64,000 bases of DNA from Bilabrum cf. latius (GCA_965178125.1 OZ237771.1:62001-126000), one strand, 5' to 3'; positions 38,204 through 50,017 are shown, counted from the first letter of the stretch. Program-made: numbers and translations. Notes: generated by a model not told the origin, from the letters alone.

Positions 38204-39051
38204 AAGGACTCGGTGACTTTGGCCATGCAGTGGCCAGGCACTACACGGCAGCCAAGCCAACCCTTGCGAGTCTGCACCGCACGCCCATCCCGTTGTCGGC
38301 AGTGCGGCGCTTCTTTGAGTTCCAGCCATCCACCCCCGGCGAAAGTGCGGCCTAGTTGGCGGGTGCACTGGCCTTTGGGGGGACCATGCGCCTGGGCGAG
38401 GCCACCGGAGAGGCACGGGCTGCCTCTGACCCGCATCGCCTCAGGCATGTATCCTGGGCAATCGAGGACAATCAGGTGATCAGCTGCTCCCTGCACCTGC
38501 GGTTCACCAAGGCGGGTGGACCAGCCACGGTGGCTATTGCAGCCCGATCCCCTGTGTAGGTGGACAAAGGCGGGGTACAGGGCAGCACATGCTGCCCTGT
38601 TTACCTTCTCGTCCGGCACGTCGTGACAAGGTTGACCTCGGCGGGAATCCCGGTCACCTCGCCCCACCACCTGCACAACGCCTGCCAGAACAGTCAGGTG
38701 TTGTTGTTCCCGGAGATCGCATCGCAAGGTCGCCGTAAGACGCGGCACATCGTCGCAGCCGATGTCGTACGCCTGGTGCGGAGCTGTGCAAGCCACCACG
38801 ATGATGCGAGTGGGTGGCATGGGCACAGTTTCCGCATCACCAGCACCACCACAATGGTGCGACTGGGCATCGAGCACGGCATTGTGCAGCGTCTTGGACG
38901 GTGGGCTTCCACCAAGAGCATGAACACCTACATCCGGCAGGAGGCCGACGGGCTGCCAGCGATCGATATTGGTTGGACGCACCTTGAGCTGCAGCGAGCA
39001 CCACAGGCGGCGCTGCTCGAGGCGGTGGCCCAAGCTCGGGCGTCCGACTAA
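37801..39051 (+). CDS. Tyrosine recombinase of the Ngaro-type element
   Basis: Three same-frame ORFs joined by TAG at 38353 and 38557. Catalytic residues R (MRLGE), K (FTKAG), HSFR, GRW and Y (MNTYIR) are present. Overlaps the pol 3' end in another frame. Stop TAA; start uncertain. Confidence 0.9.
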
Positions 39052-39134
39052 TCCCAACTAACTTGGAGACACTTTGCTTTGCTTCAACGAGACCACCCTC
39101 TGCAACCTCCCGTAAGGAAGATATGGTAAGACAT

Positions 39135-39279
39135 GGAGAATTCGTTGTGTGTCTCCGCTGGTGGACAAATCCATCGGTGGATTCAGGCACATGGCGACGG
39201 CTCTGTGTTCGATGCCATGTCTGGTTGTATTTGGGTGGTTGAGTCTGTAAAAGAAGCTTTCATGGAAGTCACGATGTCA
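39135..39279 (+). repeat. Split direct repeat B1 (145 bp)
   Basis: GGAGAATTCGTTGTG...CACGATGTCA; appears identical to 39558-39702. Confidence 0.95.
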
Positions 39280-39540
39280 TGGTATTAAGGAGACAGAGTC
39301 TGATTCGTTGTTGACGTCAAATGAGATGATAAGCGTCTGTGCGATGAGGATGGCTCTGCGAAGAAGGAGAACGCCGCAACACCTTGTCCGTAGGTGGGAA
39401 GAGGAATTGTAGCGTTAGACATCGTAATCTGATTAACGGAAGAGGCAGGCCACGAAGAGTGGAGGTTGGCATTTCTCCAGTCAATCGCCTCCATTCGGGG
39501 TGGAAGAGCTCAGGACTGACAGATCGTCTTGAATTCTTTT
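39280..39540 (+). repeat. Split direct repeat A2 (261 bp)
   Basis: Direct copy of 35804-36064, abutting B1. Confidence 0.95.
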
Positions 39541-39557
39541 CCCACCCGCCCGGGCCC

Positions 39558-39702
39558 GGAGAATTCGTTGTGTGTCTCCGCTGGTGGACAAATCCATCGG
39601 TGGATTCAGGCACATGGCGACGGCTCTGTGTTCGATGCCATGTCTGGTTGTATTTGGGTGGTTGAGTCTGTAAAAGAAGCTTTCATGGAAGTCACGATGT
39701 CA
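39558..39702 (+). repeat. Split direct repeat B2 (145 bp)
   Basis: Direct copy of 39135-39279; right end of the element. Confidence 0.95.
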
Positions 39703-40494
39703 AAGAGAGAAGCTAACAAAGGGTGCAAGGTGAGTTATGAACGTGGGTAAAAAGCATCCGAAATGATGGGTGATGCGTGCAAGCATTGCAGGAATGCGCC
39801 TTCTGACTTGCAAACGCCGGCATTTGGTACTGTTCTAGGGACATATTGCGGGCAATCGATTGGATGCTACACCCCCCCCCCCCCCCCAAGGGGTTTGTGA
39901 CCACTAGATAATCGGCGGGGAGGGTGGTGGGAACATGGTGGGGGGGGGGGGGGTGGACCGGTGACCACATGTTCCCGGTAAAGAACGAAGTTGAGTAATC
40001 TGTTGAAATGGATCTACACAAAATAGGTCACGCAATGAATGTACACGCCACTATCCCGGGATTCCCATGCACGGGACTGGCAATCTTGGCGACTGGCCTC
40101 GTCGCTACATGGCTTCCTGTTCCTGTTCCCCGCCATAGGGACCGTGTGCTTTGCTCCCTGCATCGCCACCTTGGCCCTATCCTATCAGCTTGCACGCGCC
40201 GGTCCTGGCCGACCTGCCGTGCGCCCCATCCATCCACCCGCCTGTTGGCCCTCTGCGCGCTGCTGGCCATGAATCCCGCTGCCACTCGCGTCTCCCTTAT
40301 ACCTGGCACCTGGAGCCCCCTTCCTCCCGTTGTGTTCTCCCTGTTGACACCGCACTATCGTCGCCTGTGCCGGTGTCCCCCTCTTCTCCTCCACCTCCTG
40401 TCCTCCTGCGCACGCCTCGACTTCCCGCTCACCTCTGCTCCCCGTCGCTTCAATCCTGATGTCGGAGTACATATAACAGATAGCACGCGACTAG

Positions 40495-40963
40495 ACTGCC
40501 GCTCAAGCCTGATCCCTCTGTCTCGGGTTGTGACCTCCCAACTTCCTCACCTGCATGTGGTCGGGATATTCAATTCGATCTCTGATCCTGGCCACTCGTC
40601 ACCCACACACACCCACCTCAACCTGCCCAGCATGTGCCTCCCCCATTCAATCCACCGTACCAACCCGATAACCCCATCAATCATCTCCTCTTCCACTACT
40701 CCCTCACCCACTTGGTGAACCGCCGCCTCTCCCTACTCCGCCCTCACAACCCCCCCCCCCCCCTCGCCCGCCCCCCCCCCTCACAACCCCCCCCCCCCCT
40801 CGCCCGCCCCTAGCCGCCGCCCATGCCCGTAGGCCTACCTCACTGGACTGGCCTCGTCGACCGCGGTCTCCTCAGCATCGCCCCCTCTCCTCTGAGCCTG
40901 CACATCGAGCGGGTCTTGCGCCCAACGCGCGACCTCAATCTCGGAGACCTCGTTGGCCTCACC
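40495..40963 (+). repeat. Dispersed degenerate repeat, copy 2
   Basis: Homologous to 20775-21180, with internal C-rich duplications at ~40740-40810. Confidence 0.75.
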
Positions 40964-41157
40964 AACAATGATTATGAATCATGCTGTAATCCTACTTTCC
41001 AGCCTGAGATACCCCTGGTCGTAGACCACGAGGTAGGGTGGCTGAAAATGGCACGGTTTGGCCCATATATTCGTGACCACTCTAGATCTAGCCTAGTTAC
41101 CACCCCACCTTGAGTGGGGTCTGGCTGGATTTCACGACCGCCGACCAGAGAACCCCC

Positions 41158-42876
41158 TCATTCTTCCTAGGAGTTGCCAACATAAGCGAACACCTTTGCG
41201 AACCTTTCTTGCAGGTGTCCCTTAGGGGTCGAAGGGCCGGGACCATTGCCGATATCCGATATCACGGGATCTTCTTCGAGGTATACATAACCGGCATACG
41301 ACCACCAGATGGCTGAGAGCGTAGCCCGCTGGCTCAGGTACATGGTGTTCTCCAATAGCTTCAACAACCTAGGCTTGGGCCACATGTAGGACGTGTCGAT
41401 GCTCCACAGGTACGCCCCGCTGCGCATGTCTACGAGAGCAAGATCTCCCACGCGGTCGCACTCCTTTCCCGTGATGACGAGTGCGCACTTCCTGGCCTTG
41501 CCCTGGGTATCCGTCTTCCAGACTATGTCGCCGTCTCTGCTCGTCTCCACAAGATTGCAGTCGTTTTGTACCGTTAGAGAGGCCTTGCTGTCGCCGCCCT
41601 CCCGGAGTGACTGCCCCATGAGCAGCACCTCATTGTCCAACATGTAGTTCCCCTGGGCAGCAGGTCGCTTAGCAAGCGCCCTGCGTTTGCAACGACTCGG
41701 AGCCGCCCCATTGATGGCCGCCTGCAGCGCCACCGTCTTGAGACCATTGCCGAAGGTCTTATCGTCTTCATTACTATCCAGGTCCGCCGACCCCGCAGAC
41801 CACGCGATAGCACCTCCCTGCTGGAACAGGACGGCATTCCCGTCCCCCTGCAGACGAAGGGTGTCTGCAGCCGGGTCCATTAGCGAGGTAGACACCCGCC
41901 AGATATACTGCCCAGAGGCGCTGTCCACGATGGCCAGGTCGCCCTGGGTGTCGCACCCGTCACCCGTAATGACGAGTGCGCACTTCCCCTCGGTACCCTT
42001 GCCCCTTGTGTTGGTCGCAAACAGCGCCTTGCCCCCTCGGTACACCACCAGGTTGCAGTCTCCCTGCATGCGCAGCTCGACCCCCTCCCCCGCTCTCAAA
42101 GCGTCTCCGGCTCGGAGCACCTGCCCGGGCAACAGCACGGTGCCGTCGGTCAAGTGGAAGTATGACGATTGCAGGGCCTTTGCATCGCACTGCAGACTGT
42201 GCACGTCCTCCCGCACCTACAAATCGAAGTGGAAGTATCCCCCATGACTGTTGGTGTACGCCTCGTATTTAGTGCTCCATAGCAGGTGCGCGCCTTCCTG
42301 AAGTAGGACGACATTGCCATCATCCTGGACCAGAAGAGTGTCCACCTCGGGTGTGAAGAGAGATGATTCCACCCGCCAGAGATACTTGCCCGTATCCGTG
42401 TCGATGATGGCCAGGTCTCCCTGCGTGCTGCACGATGCATCGGTCAAGAGCAGCGCGCAGTGGTCGGCCCGCTCCCCACCATTACCCGAGAAGAACAGAT
42501 CCCGTTCGCCCTTGACAGCAACGAGTAGCGTGCAGTCAGTCTGGAGCCACACTATTGCCGAATCCTTGGACAAGGCATTTTTGCGCGGGCTGCCGGCGAT
42601 GGCGGACTGCAGAATCTCGCCTTTCCGGAGCCTGTCGCCCTCTGCCGGCTTCCTAGCGGCCAAGGCTCTGGTGCTGCAGGAGTACATGTCAACTTTATCT
42701 AAGCTCGGATTTGCGGGCTGGATAGTGCGCCTCGGGTATCTGCTGCTGGCGCGGACTGAGGTCGACGACGTAGAGCCAGCGCTGCGAAGGTGCTGCTGGC
42801 CTGTTACTCGTCGCCCGTGAACACTGAGCGCCGAGCAGGCGACGAGAGCCACTAAAATGGAAATGGTTGAGTGCAT
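41158..42876 (-). CDS. Secreted protein with three bulb-type (GNA-like) lectin domains
   Basis: Signal peptide MHSTISILVALVACSALSVHG. QxDxNxV-type motifs: QDDGNVV, QGDCNLVVY, QGDGNAV, QNDCNLV. Repeated CALxITxxxCxxxGDLAxxDxxxGxYxW. TAG at 42217 and 41167 read through; TGA at 41158. Confidence 0.88.
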
Positions 42877-42999
42877 TCCTGTGATGCGACCGCTGTGCCA
42901 GTTTGTACTGACGCAGTAGGTGGCCTGAGGAGCGTAGAGAAAGTGCACGTTACTAATTTGCAGTCGCAATTTGCAAAGAAGCAATCCTCTCGGATCCTG

Positions 43000-43929
43000 T
43001 GCAATTTGGGGACACCAAATGAGTCCCAAAATCCCCAAACAAGCGTTTACGAAAACAGTTATTTGGGGGTTATTTGGGGACGATCCAGGGATGTCTCACT
43101 GGCCCTTCCGATCGGCAGCCGATGGGTAGCAGCGCGGTGCCCTGGCACCGGCAGCCTATACTTGTGCCAACGCTCGCGTTCTTGCACGGGAAATGGAGGA
43201 TCACTACGCCCTTGCTTGCCTTTCGAAGATGACATGATACAATGGTAGATTAATAGTAGATGAGAGGGCCCCACCACTCTGTCTTGTCGTCCGACACCTG
43301 TGACTGCCGATTCTTCCGATGACGGCCTCTGGACTGGGAAAATGTATCCTCTCCTATTCGCCCAATCCAAGCCCTTGGCCTGAACCTCTCCGGGTCGCAT
43401 CACCCCCTTCCCACATTCCTGCCCTGTCTTTGCCCCACGCTTCATCCACCCCGTCCACCTTGTCCTCCTTCCATTTCCCACCCCCCTTTCTGACTCACCC
43501 CCATCATGCCACACGACTTGTCGACTCGCCCAAGCACTGCGCCTAGCGCGCGACCTCAGCCTTTAAGGCGCGAGCCCCTGACGCACAGACTCAGTGCGCG
43601 ACAGCTGACCTACCAACCTTCGCAGGGTAGTCTACCCACAAAAGGGCAGCACTCTCTGGCTCCGGCCCAAGCTTTCCGATGTAGGATCGTCAGTGATTTC
43701 ACGCATCTAAATCGCCTTCGCCCTAGGAAAATGAAAGTATTTATACGTGGCATAAGTTGCCAAGTACAACGCAAGCACACCCGGAATCCAGTTCCCAGAC
43801 CCAGTCTACAAATTACACATTACTACCGAACAAACACATATTTAACACAGATATAAATGTAATTCAAATATATGCCACTGTCCCCAAGAGCTTATTTGGG
43901 GATTATTTGGGGACAGTCCCCAAATTGCA
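43000..43929. mobile_element. Possible non-autonomous DNA transposon (MITE-like) with terminal inverted repeats
   Basis: TGCAATTTGGGGAC (43000-43013) is the exact reverse complement of GTCCCCAAATTGCA (43916-43929). Several subterminal TTTGGGG/CCCCAAA copies at both ends; no coding content; no clear TSD. Confidence 0.45.
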
Positions 43930-44244
43930 TAGGCTTGCCGGGTACGCACGTGGGCTCACTTGACCCAGACTACTCCAGGCAGAAATGCTATACTAACCCC
44001 ATATTCCCACTCAATTGCATCTCCTCATCATCACCGCCGCCCCCCAGCGCCCGTCCCAGTGCCCGTCTCGCACGATTCCACCTGCGGCCCTTCCCGTGGC
44101 CACCTCGTCGACGTCGCCCAACCCGACATCGTCCCACCTGTCGTCTGATGATTCCCCTTTTCGAGGCGCTAATGGTATATCCGGCGCCTGGGAGCAGTGA
44201 TTGCTGGCGGGGGTCAGGCACGACCCTGCCCAGCACTTGTTCCC

Positions 44245-44310
44245 TCGGGCCCCCAACCTGATGGTCAGGTACCCTCATCGGGCCCCCAACCTGATGGTCA
44301 GGTACCCTCA
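44245..44310. repeat. 33-bp perfect tandem duplication
   Basis: TCGGGCCCCCAACCTGATGGTCAGGTACCCTCA x2; a related CCCCCAACTGATGGT occurs at ~44933. Confidence 0.85.
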
Positions 44311-45158
44311 GAAACTGACATTGATTTGTACGTTACATCGAATCAGTTCTAGAACCTTCACGCAAATCAATCCCAGTTTCTACAGTTCCGGTCTTACTGA
44401 TTGTAACCCCAGACCTGCTAAGACTCCCCACGCCGGGACTCGACCTAGAGTCGGCAGTCCCCCGAAAGAAAAACTAAAAAAAAAACAATCTGAGCTAGCC
44501 CACCCCCATGATCGCTCCTATCACCTACCTCCTCGGCTAGGGTCTGCGTTGTGACAGAGGCTGGCACGGTCGTCACCCCGGGTTGGCCAGCTACCATTGA
44601 GGGCCAATCGCCCCACCACCCCAGTGCCACGTATAACTGATTTACCGCTCTTCTGCCCCACTGTGGAGGCATTATAAGAGCGGTGGATAGCCGCGCAAAA
44701 TACGTCCCACCCATGCTATGGCATTGGCTCGCTGCCGCCGCCGCTGCTCCAGACTCTCCTCCATCTTCTTCCGGTTTGGGTCACTAATCGGGTGGTGAAT
44801 CGATTGTAACCATTCCAGGCAATACCTGAGACTAAACTGGTCCCTACCGTAAGATAATCTATCGTTTCAATAAGTTTTTTTTGTAAACAACCCACTTTAA
44901 GAGCAGAGTCCGTCGGCATACTGCTTGTCATCCCCCCAACTGATGGTTATCTTTTTTTGCGAAAGACATGAGGTGCGCCGACAGTGGTACTAACGTATGG
45001 CTAAGTGATCTCACTAAAGTATTTCATGAGCGACACCTGTCATCTTCGCAGGAAATGGCAGACAGAGTGAGGACTACTTTACTAATATTGTCGGCATTTG
45101 TAATTGAAAAAATCGCCGACCTACCGCATTGTAGTTCAAGCCATTAGTTTTTTGATCC

Positions 45159-48100
45159 GTGCAGACAGCACAGCATGCTTTCAAAGTCCCTGTTTCAGCA
45201 GCTGGCATCGTTGAGTGCGAAGCTCAAGCTTCAAATGAATGCTCGACAACACCGGACCGCAGACACAGCCTGGCTGCTTCGGGTCGCGAACAAGCCTCAC
45301 AACCGATACACGCAGATTTAGCTCGCTTGGAAGCTTCAAGGTCAAATGCAGGCACGCGTTCGAGCGCTGCTTCGCAGTCGACGGGCACCACTGGCACGTT
45401 GCCTTCACCATTTCAGCGTACGGGGGGGGGGCATGCACCACTGGCAAGCCCTCAGGCTGGATGGGAACCAGTCTCATCAGCTGCACGAGTGGGTAACTGT
45501 TTAGGCAAAGCGGCGGACCTACCAGCCATCGGTTCGACTCGCAGAGAGTTCACCTGTTTTGGAGCGGGCCTGTCCCACCTCGGGACACACGGCTTCGGGT
45601 TCCGGATCGAGAGATGTGGTGACGAAGACTGCGACAGAGCAGGACGACAGGCCGCATATGAAGCCATCAAACGCACATTCCCATTGCTGCCTTTTGAGCA
45701 CAAGGTGCGAGCGCAATCGATGAAATACGTGATGGATCGCTTCCGCCGAGACGTCGCGCGTGCGCTAGAGAACTTTCCTCGGGTTTCCTTCATTTGGGCC
45801 GACCCAGAGAGGCGCAGCTACCCGGTGGGATTCACCGATGGCGATAAAGCGTCAATATAGTCTAGCACCGGGATCAGGTTCGTGAGTGTGGGGGGTATGG
45901 CCGGTGGGCTCAAGGCCGTGCATGCAGAACTTGGTTTGTTCTTCAAGTTCCCATTCGACGATCCAACCAGGCCCATCTACGGCAGCTATCGCATGGCAGC
46001 CAAGGCGGCCAAGCGGGAGGCGGCGGCGAGTCGTTGGGTGCATGCGATGGACAGCGTGCACGTGTCGACGCCACTGCTGGAGTGCGTGGACGTTACGGTG
46101 CCCCTCGAAGGACGAGGGGGCACTCGTGTCATTCGAGTGCAGGTAAGCGCGATGATACAGGCGGATAGTGGTACTTCCAGCGATTTAGGGCAGTTAGATG
46201 CAGCCACGCTCCGTGTTGGGTCTAGTGACGCGGGCAGTACAACAAACTGGGATGAGGAACAAGAGCGCGACGTCGTGGGGCCGTTAGCCAGCCACTTTGG
46301 TATCGCGGAATACGAAGATGCGGACGCATACGTGTTCCATCATTCGTACAATCGCAGCATAATCTGCCCCCGAGATCTAGCCGCACCCTCTAGTGCTACT
46401 CGAAACATGTCCGGCCCCGTGGGACACTCAGGCAACGGATCGGCTGGCGGCGGCGCCGCGGGAGCCGCGTCTGGCTGCCATGCTAGCCGACCTAGTTGCG
46501 CATCTGGTGGGATTTTATCTCCCACAAGCACTGAAATGTTGAGCGTATTGGTCCGACATGGACTAGATGAATCGTGTGCGCGCGAGCTCTAGGACTTGCT
46601 TGCATCGTCTAGCAGCGGTCTGGCCAAGCGACGGGTATGGGCAGGCAAGGCGCTGGGACAGCCTGGGACGGGGACATCTGGCGGATCTGTGCGAGTTTCA
46701 AGTTATGACGCAGGCAAGGCGCTGGGGCAGCCTGGGACGGGGACATCTGGCGGATCTGTGCGAGCTTCAAGCGATGACGCGGCGCATGCCGACTTGAACC
46801 GCTACATGCATGCCACGAGTATGATCAACAAAGTGGCCCTTGACCCTAGATCACTCGCGTGTCGTGTATGCCACATTGTGCAACCGTCGGCTAGCGGGGG
46901 GCCGTACAGGCAGCGCCTCCCGTTTGATGTGGAGGTGCATTAGCTTCCAAGCGGGCAGCGATTCGTGCTTGACACGCACCGGCTGCTGATTCCGGACGTT
47001 CCATGGATGGACTGGATGGAGTCAGATGAGGCAAGGCCTCGATGTTGGATAGCAGACATGCGGGACGCGCGGAGACCCCGTGTCAGGCATGCCGTGATGC
47101 GGCACCCCAGTTCAGTGTAGGATATTGTGGATGGCATCAACGACGCTTGGGCCAGAATGGTCGTTTTGAGCGACACTGAGTCATGTGGGGCAGCCGCTGG
47201 TACTCAAAGCAGCACTGGCCCCGGTGCTGGTGCTGGTGCTGGTGCTGGTACTGGTGCTGATGCTGGTGCTGGTGCTGGTGCTGATCCTGGCAGCAGCTCT
47301 GGCGCTAGTGGTGCTTCGGCACTAGGCACCAGCTCTGCTGCACCTGCTATTCCTTCTTCAGCTGCTGCACCGATCACAGCTGATAGCACGGATGTCATGT
47401 TCACGATCGAGCACCTCGAGCGGAGCCACGAGGCAGGCTGTTAGATTGCGCGTGCTGTCGGATCATCGGGCAGGATCATGGCTTTAGCTGTCGTGGCATG
47501 CCCCCGATGGTACCACGCCAGAGCGACTGCGCTCACGTGCCTGCTGCCTCCTTAGGCTACCCACCACATGAAAATGCTGAGTAGTTTCGAGCAGTTTGAG
47601 GGCCTGAGCCCAGACCAGATCATGCGAGGAAATCCAAGAGCCTGTACGACGGCGATCAGGTGGACGCAACGATTGAACGAGGCAGCACAAGCCAATGCAT
47701 CAAGGGTCTATAGCGAGTAGATCGGGAAAGAAGCGCGCAGGCTTGGAATTGGAATATATGCTCTATAGTCAGACCCGGTGCTGCACCGACAGGCAATCAA
47801 GCTGACGATGCATTCGCTTGGTCTTGGCTTAAGGCACGCTCGACTTGTGCTTAAAGTCTTATGCGACTCGAGTGAGTATCCTGATGGTTGCTCGCTTGAT
47901 GCGCCAACGTCAATGCTGGCCGCTGGGGGCGGGGAGGACTATGTCCCACGTACTCTGTCCGGCACTGGCCTCAGGCGAAGCATCGTGGCTGCCTTAGCGA
48001 TGGGACACCGGCAGCACTCGCAGCAGGCGAGTGTCATTGCAGGACTAGTGGACGAGTGCAAGAGCCGATGCGACTTGGTCTTGCACAATGTACTCGAAGG

Positions 48101-49520
48101 CATCGCTCGGGCGGCCATGTGCTACGCATCCAAGGGTGTGGTCGCTGAGGACGAATAGGTCCAAAGTCTCGTCATCCGAGACGATGCGGCCAGGAGCCAA
48201 CAAGGCAGCCCAGGCAGAGCGGCAGAGGCTACTGCGCAGCCAGAGCCTCGGCATGGAGCGCACCCACTGTCACATGCAATGCCCTCTGCTCCACTAGCTG
48301 TTCCACTTCCTGCAGCTGCTGCTCCATTCGATACACCGGCACTGCCAGCAGTGATGCGCCATCCGGCCCAGGATGCATATCCAGCCACCTGTGCTACGGT
48401 GGTTCACTTGCAACCCCTTACGTCACAAGCAGCCGCATGTATGCCCGGAGTAGCCCAATCATCGGAAGGCAGTTTGCATAGACCCGCCTGTGCGCTTGTG
48501 TCTGAGCTAGCGCACGTGCAGCGAGTGGGTGGAACAATGGAGCAGCAGCTGCTCGAAGATCTCGCGGATGTCGCCCGCCGCTCACACGGCATGGCCGATA
48601 TTGCCGTGAGGGCCAGTGCAAGGTGCTTGCAGCTGAACTTGAGAGCTAATGGGGGGCAGGGTGAGGACCCACATGTGTACCGATACGTATTCGATCTTGC
48701 GCTGTCGTTGCAACGTGCGGGACGGCTTCGGCTAGCTGCGACACTTTTCGGCTGCTGCAAGAGTATGCGAGATGCGGTGATATGCGCTGATGCTCGCGCT
48801 GAAGCTCAGTGCGATGGTCTGGGGTTGAGTTTGGCTACGATACATGAAAATCGAGGGCTATGCTTGGAATTGGAAGGGCGACTGGACGATGCTGTAGAAG
48901 TGTACTTGAAGTGCGTCAATGCCGAGAGTCTGCCCAGAACTGTATAGATGCTAGATAGTTGGCCTGCGGCTACACCATCCGCAGGATAGAGATCATCGTC
49001 TGAAGCGGCCTCGTCAGTTTCAGGCAGGACCATAGGCGAGCTGGCAGGTGTGCTGTCGATAGAGGAGGCAGCTGCAGTGTACCGCTGTGCCTGCTGCAGG
49101 CGGGCTCAGGGTCGTCATCACGAGGCTATTAATGCGCTCGAGCTGGTAATTGGCTTTCACAGGCAGTCGGCGAGTGTTTCGCATCCAATGTATGCGGCTG
49201 CATTAGGACAGCTGTTGGAGTGCCGCATAGTGCTCGAGGCGGGCGGTGCTGCCCCAGGACTAGCAGAGGACCCCCGAGTGACGGAGTATCTGACTGCCAT
49301 CACCGCCACAACCTCCGCAGGATTTAGTCGCCCTGAGCATGGTGCAGCACTTGCCGTTTGCGCAAGGTACCTCTCTAGGTTGGGCAAACATGAAGACGCC
49401 AAGGATGCCGCTTTGCAAGGAGTGGCGCTGCTTGAATCCAGTCTTGGTATAGAACACCCGGACTGTTTAATTGGTAGAATGTATTTGTCGTAGTGCAGGG
49501 AGACATCAGGCGCCTCCTGA
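45159..49520 (+). CDS. Clu-domain / TPR protein (clustered-mitochondria-like family)
   Basis: Seven listed ORFs in one frame joined by TAG. Clu-like motifs GGMAGGLK...FFKF...IYGS...AAKAAKRE, GSSDAG, PFDVEVH(Q)LPSGQRFVLDTHRL, MHSLGLGLRH. C-terminal TPRs ending LESSLGIEHPD. TGA 49518-49520; 5' exon uncertain. Confidence 0.75.
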
Positions 49521-49599
49521 ACAGCATCCTTCGATTGATAATCAGGAGTTTAATCTCACTCTCCCCAGCACCTCGAAAGTAGAGCGTGTGAGATATCCG

Positions 49600-49830
49600 A
49601 GGGAAAGTGGAGGATTGATGGAGGAGAATATTGCCGGGGTCATCCGGATCTGGTTGACACGCGGGATTGGAACGGGAAGACACAGGCCTGGCAGATGGAG
49701 GTGGGGGGAGAGGTGATTTACAGGTGGCCCGGATGAGAGAGTGGCTCCGAGTGATCGGAACAACGAATTAACTAACCGCACACAGATGGGGAAGGTGAGA
49801 GGTCACAATTAGACTTGAGCGGCGATTGAG
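49600..49830 (-). repeat. Dispersed degenerate repeat, copy 3 (inverted, more diverged)
   Basis: The reverse complement reads GCCGCTCAAGTCTAATTGTGACCTCTCACCTTCCCCA...CACCTCCATCTGCCAGGCCTGTGTCTTCCC, matching 20783-20910 and 40498-40645. Confidence 0.55.
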
Positions 49831-50017
49831 TTGAGTGCTGATTAGGCGATGAGGGACAGGCTCGGCAAACCGGGGGTTCTATCGTGCCCGGGGCAGGTTT
49901 GGACATGGGAGTCTCATGATGGGTCTCACGCTCCCAATCCACGAATACCCTAGACATGCTATGTATGGATAGATCCATCTATCCACGATCCTTTTTATAT
50001 ATCAATGGATGTGTAGA

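Larger units (their letters stand above)
35804..39702 (+). mobile_element. Ngaro-type (DIRS order) tyrosine-recombinase retrotransposon with split direct repeats, lacking gag
   Basis: Architecture A1(35804-36064) - RT/RNase H - YR - B1(39135-39279) - A2(39280-39540) - 17 bp - B2(39558-39702). No target-site duplication. Confidence 0.92.

Noticed and set aside
35804-39540. Conventional LTR retrotransposon bounded by A1/A2
   Set aside because: No DDE integrase or protease and no TSD; the extra B1/B2 pair and the tyrosine recombinase indicate a split-direct-repeat YR element.
43060-43915. Telomeric repeats
   Set aside because: Only a few dispersed TTTGGGG copies in both orientations at an internal position, not a tandem tract.
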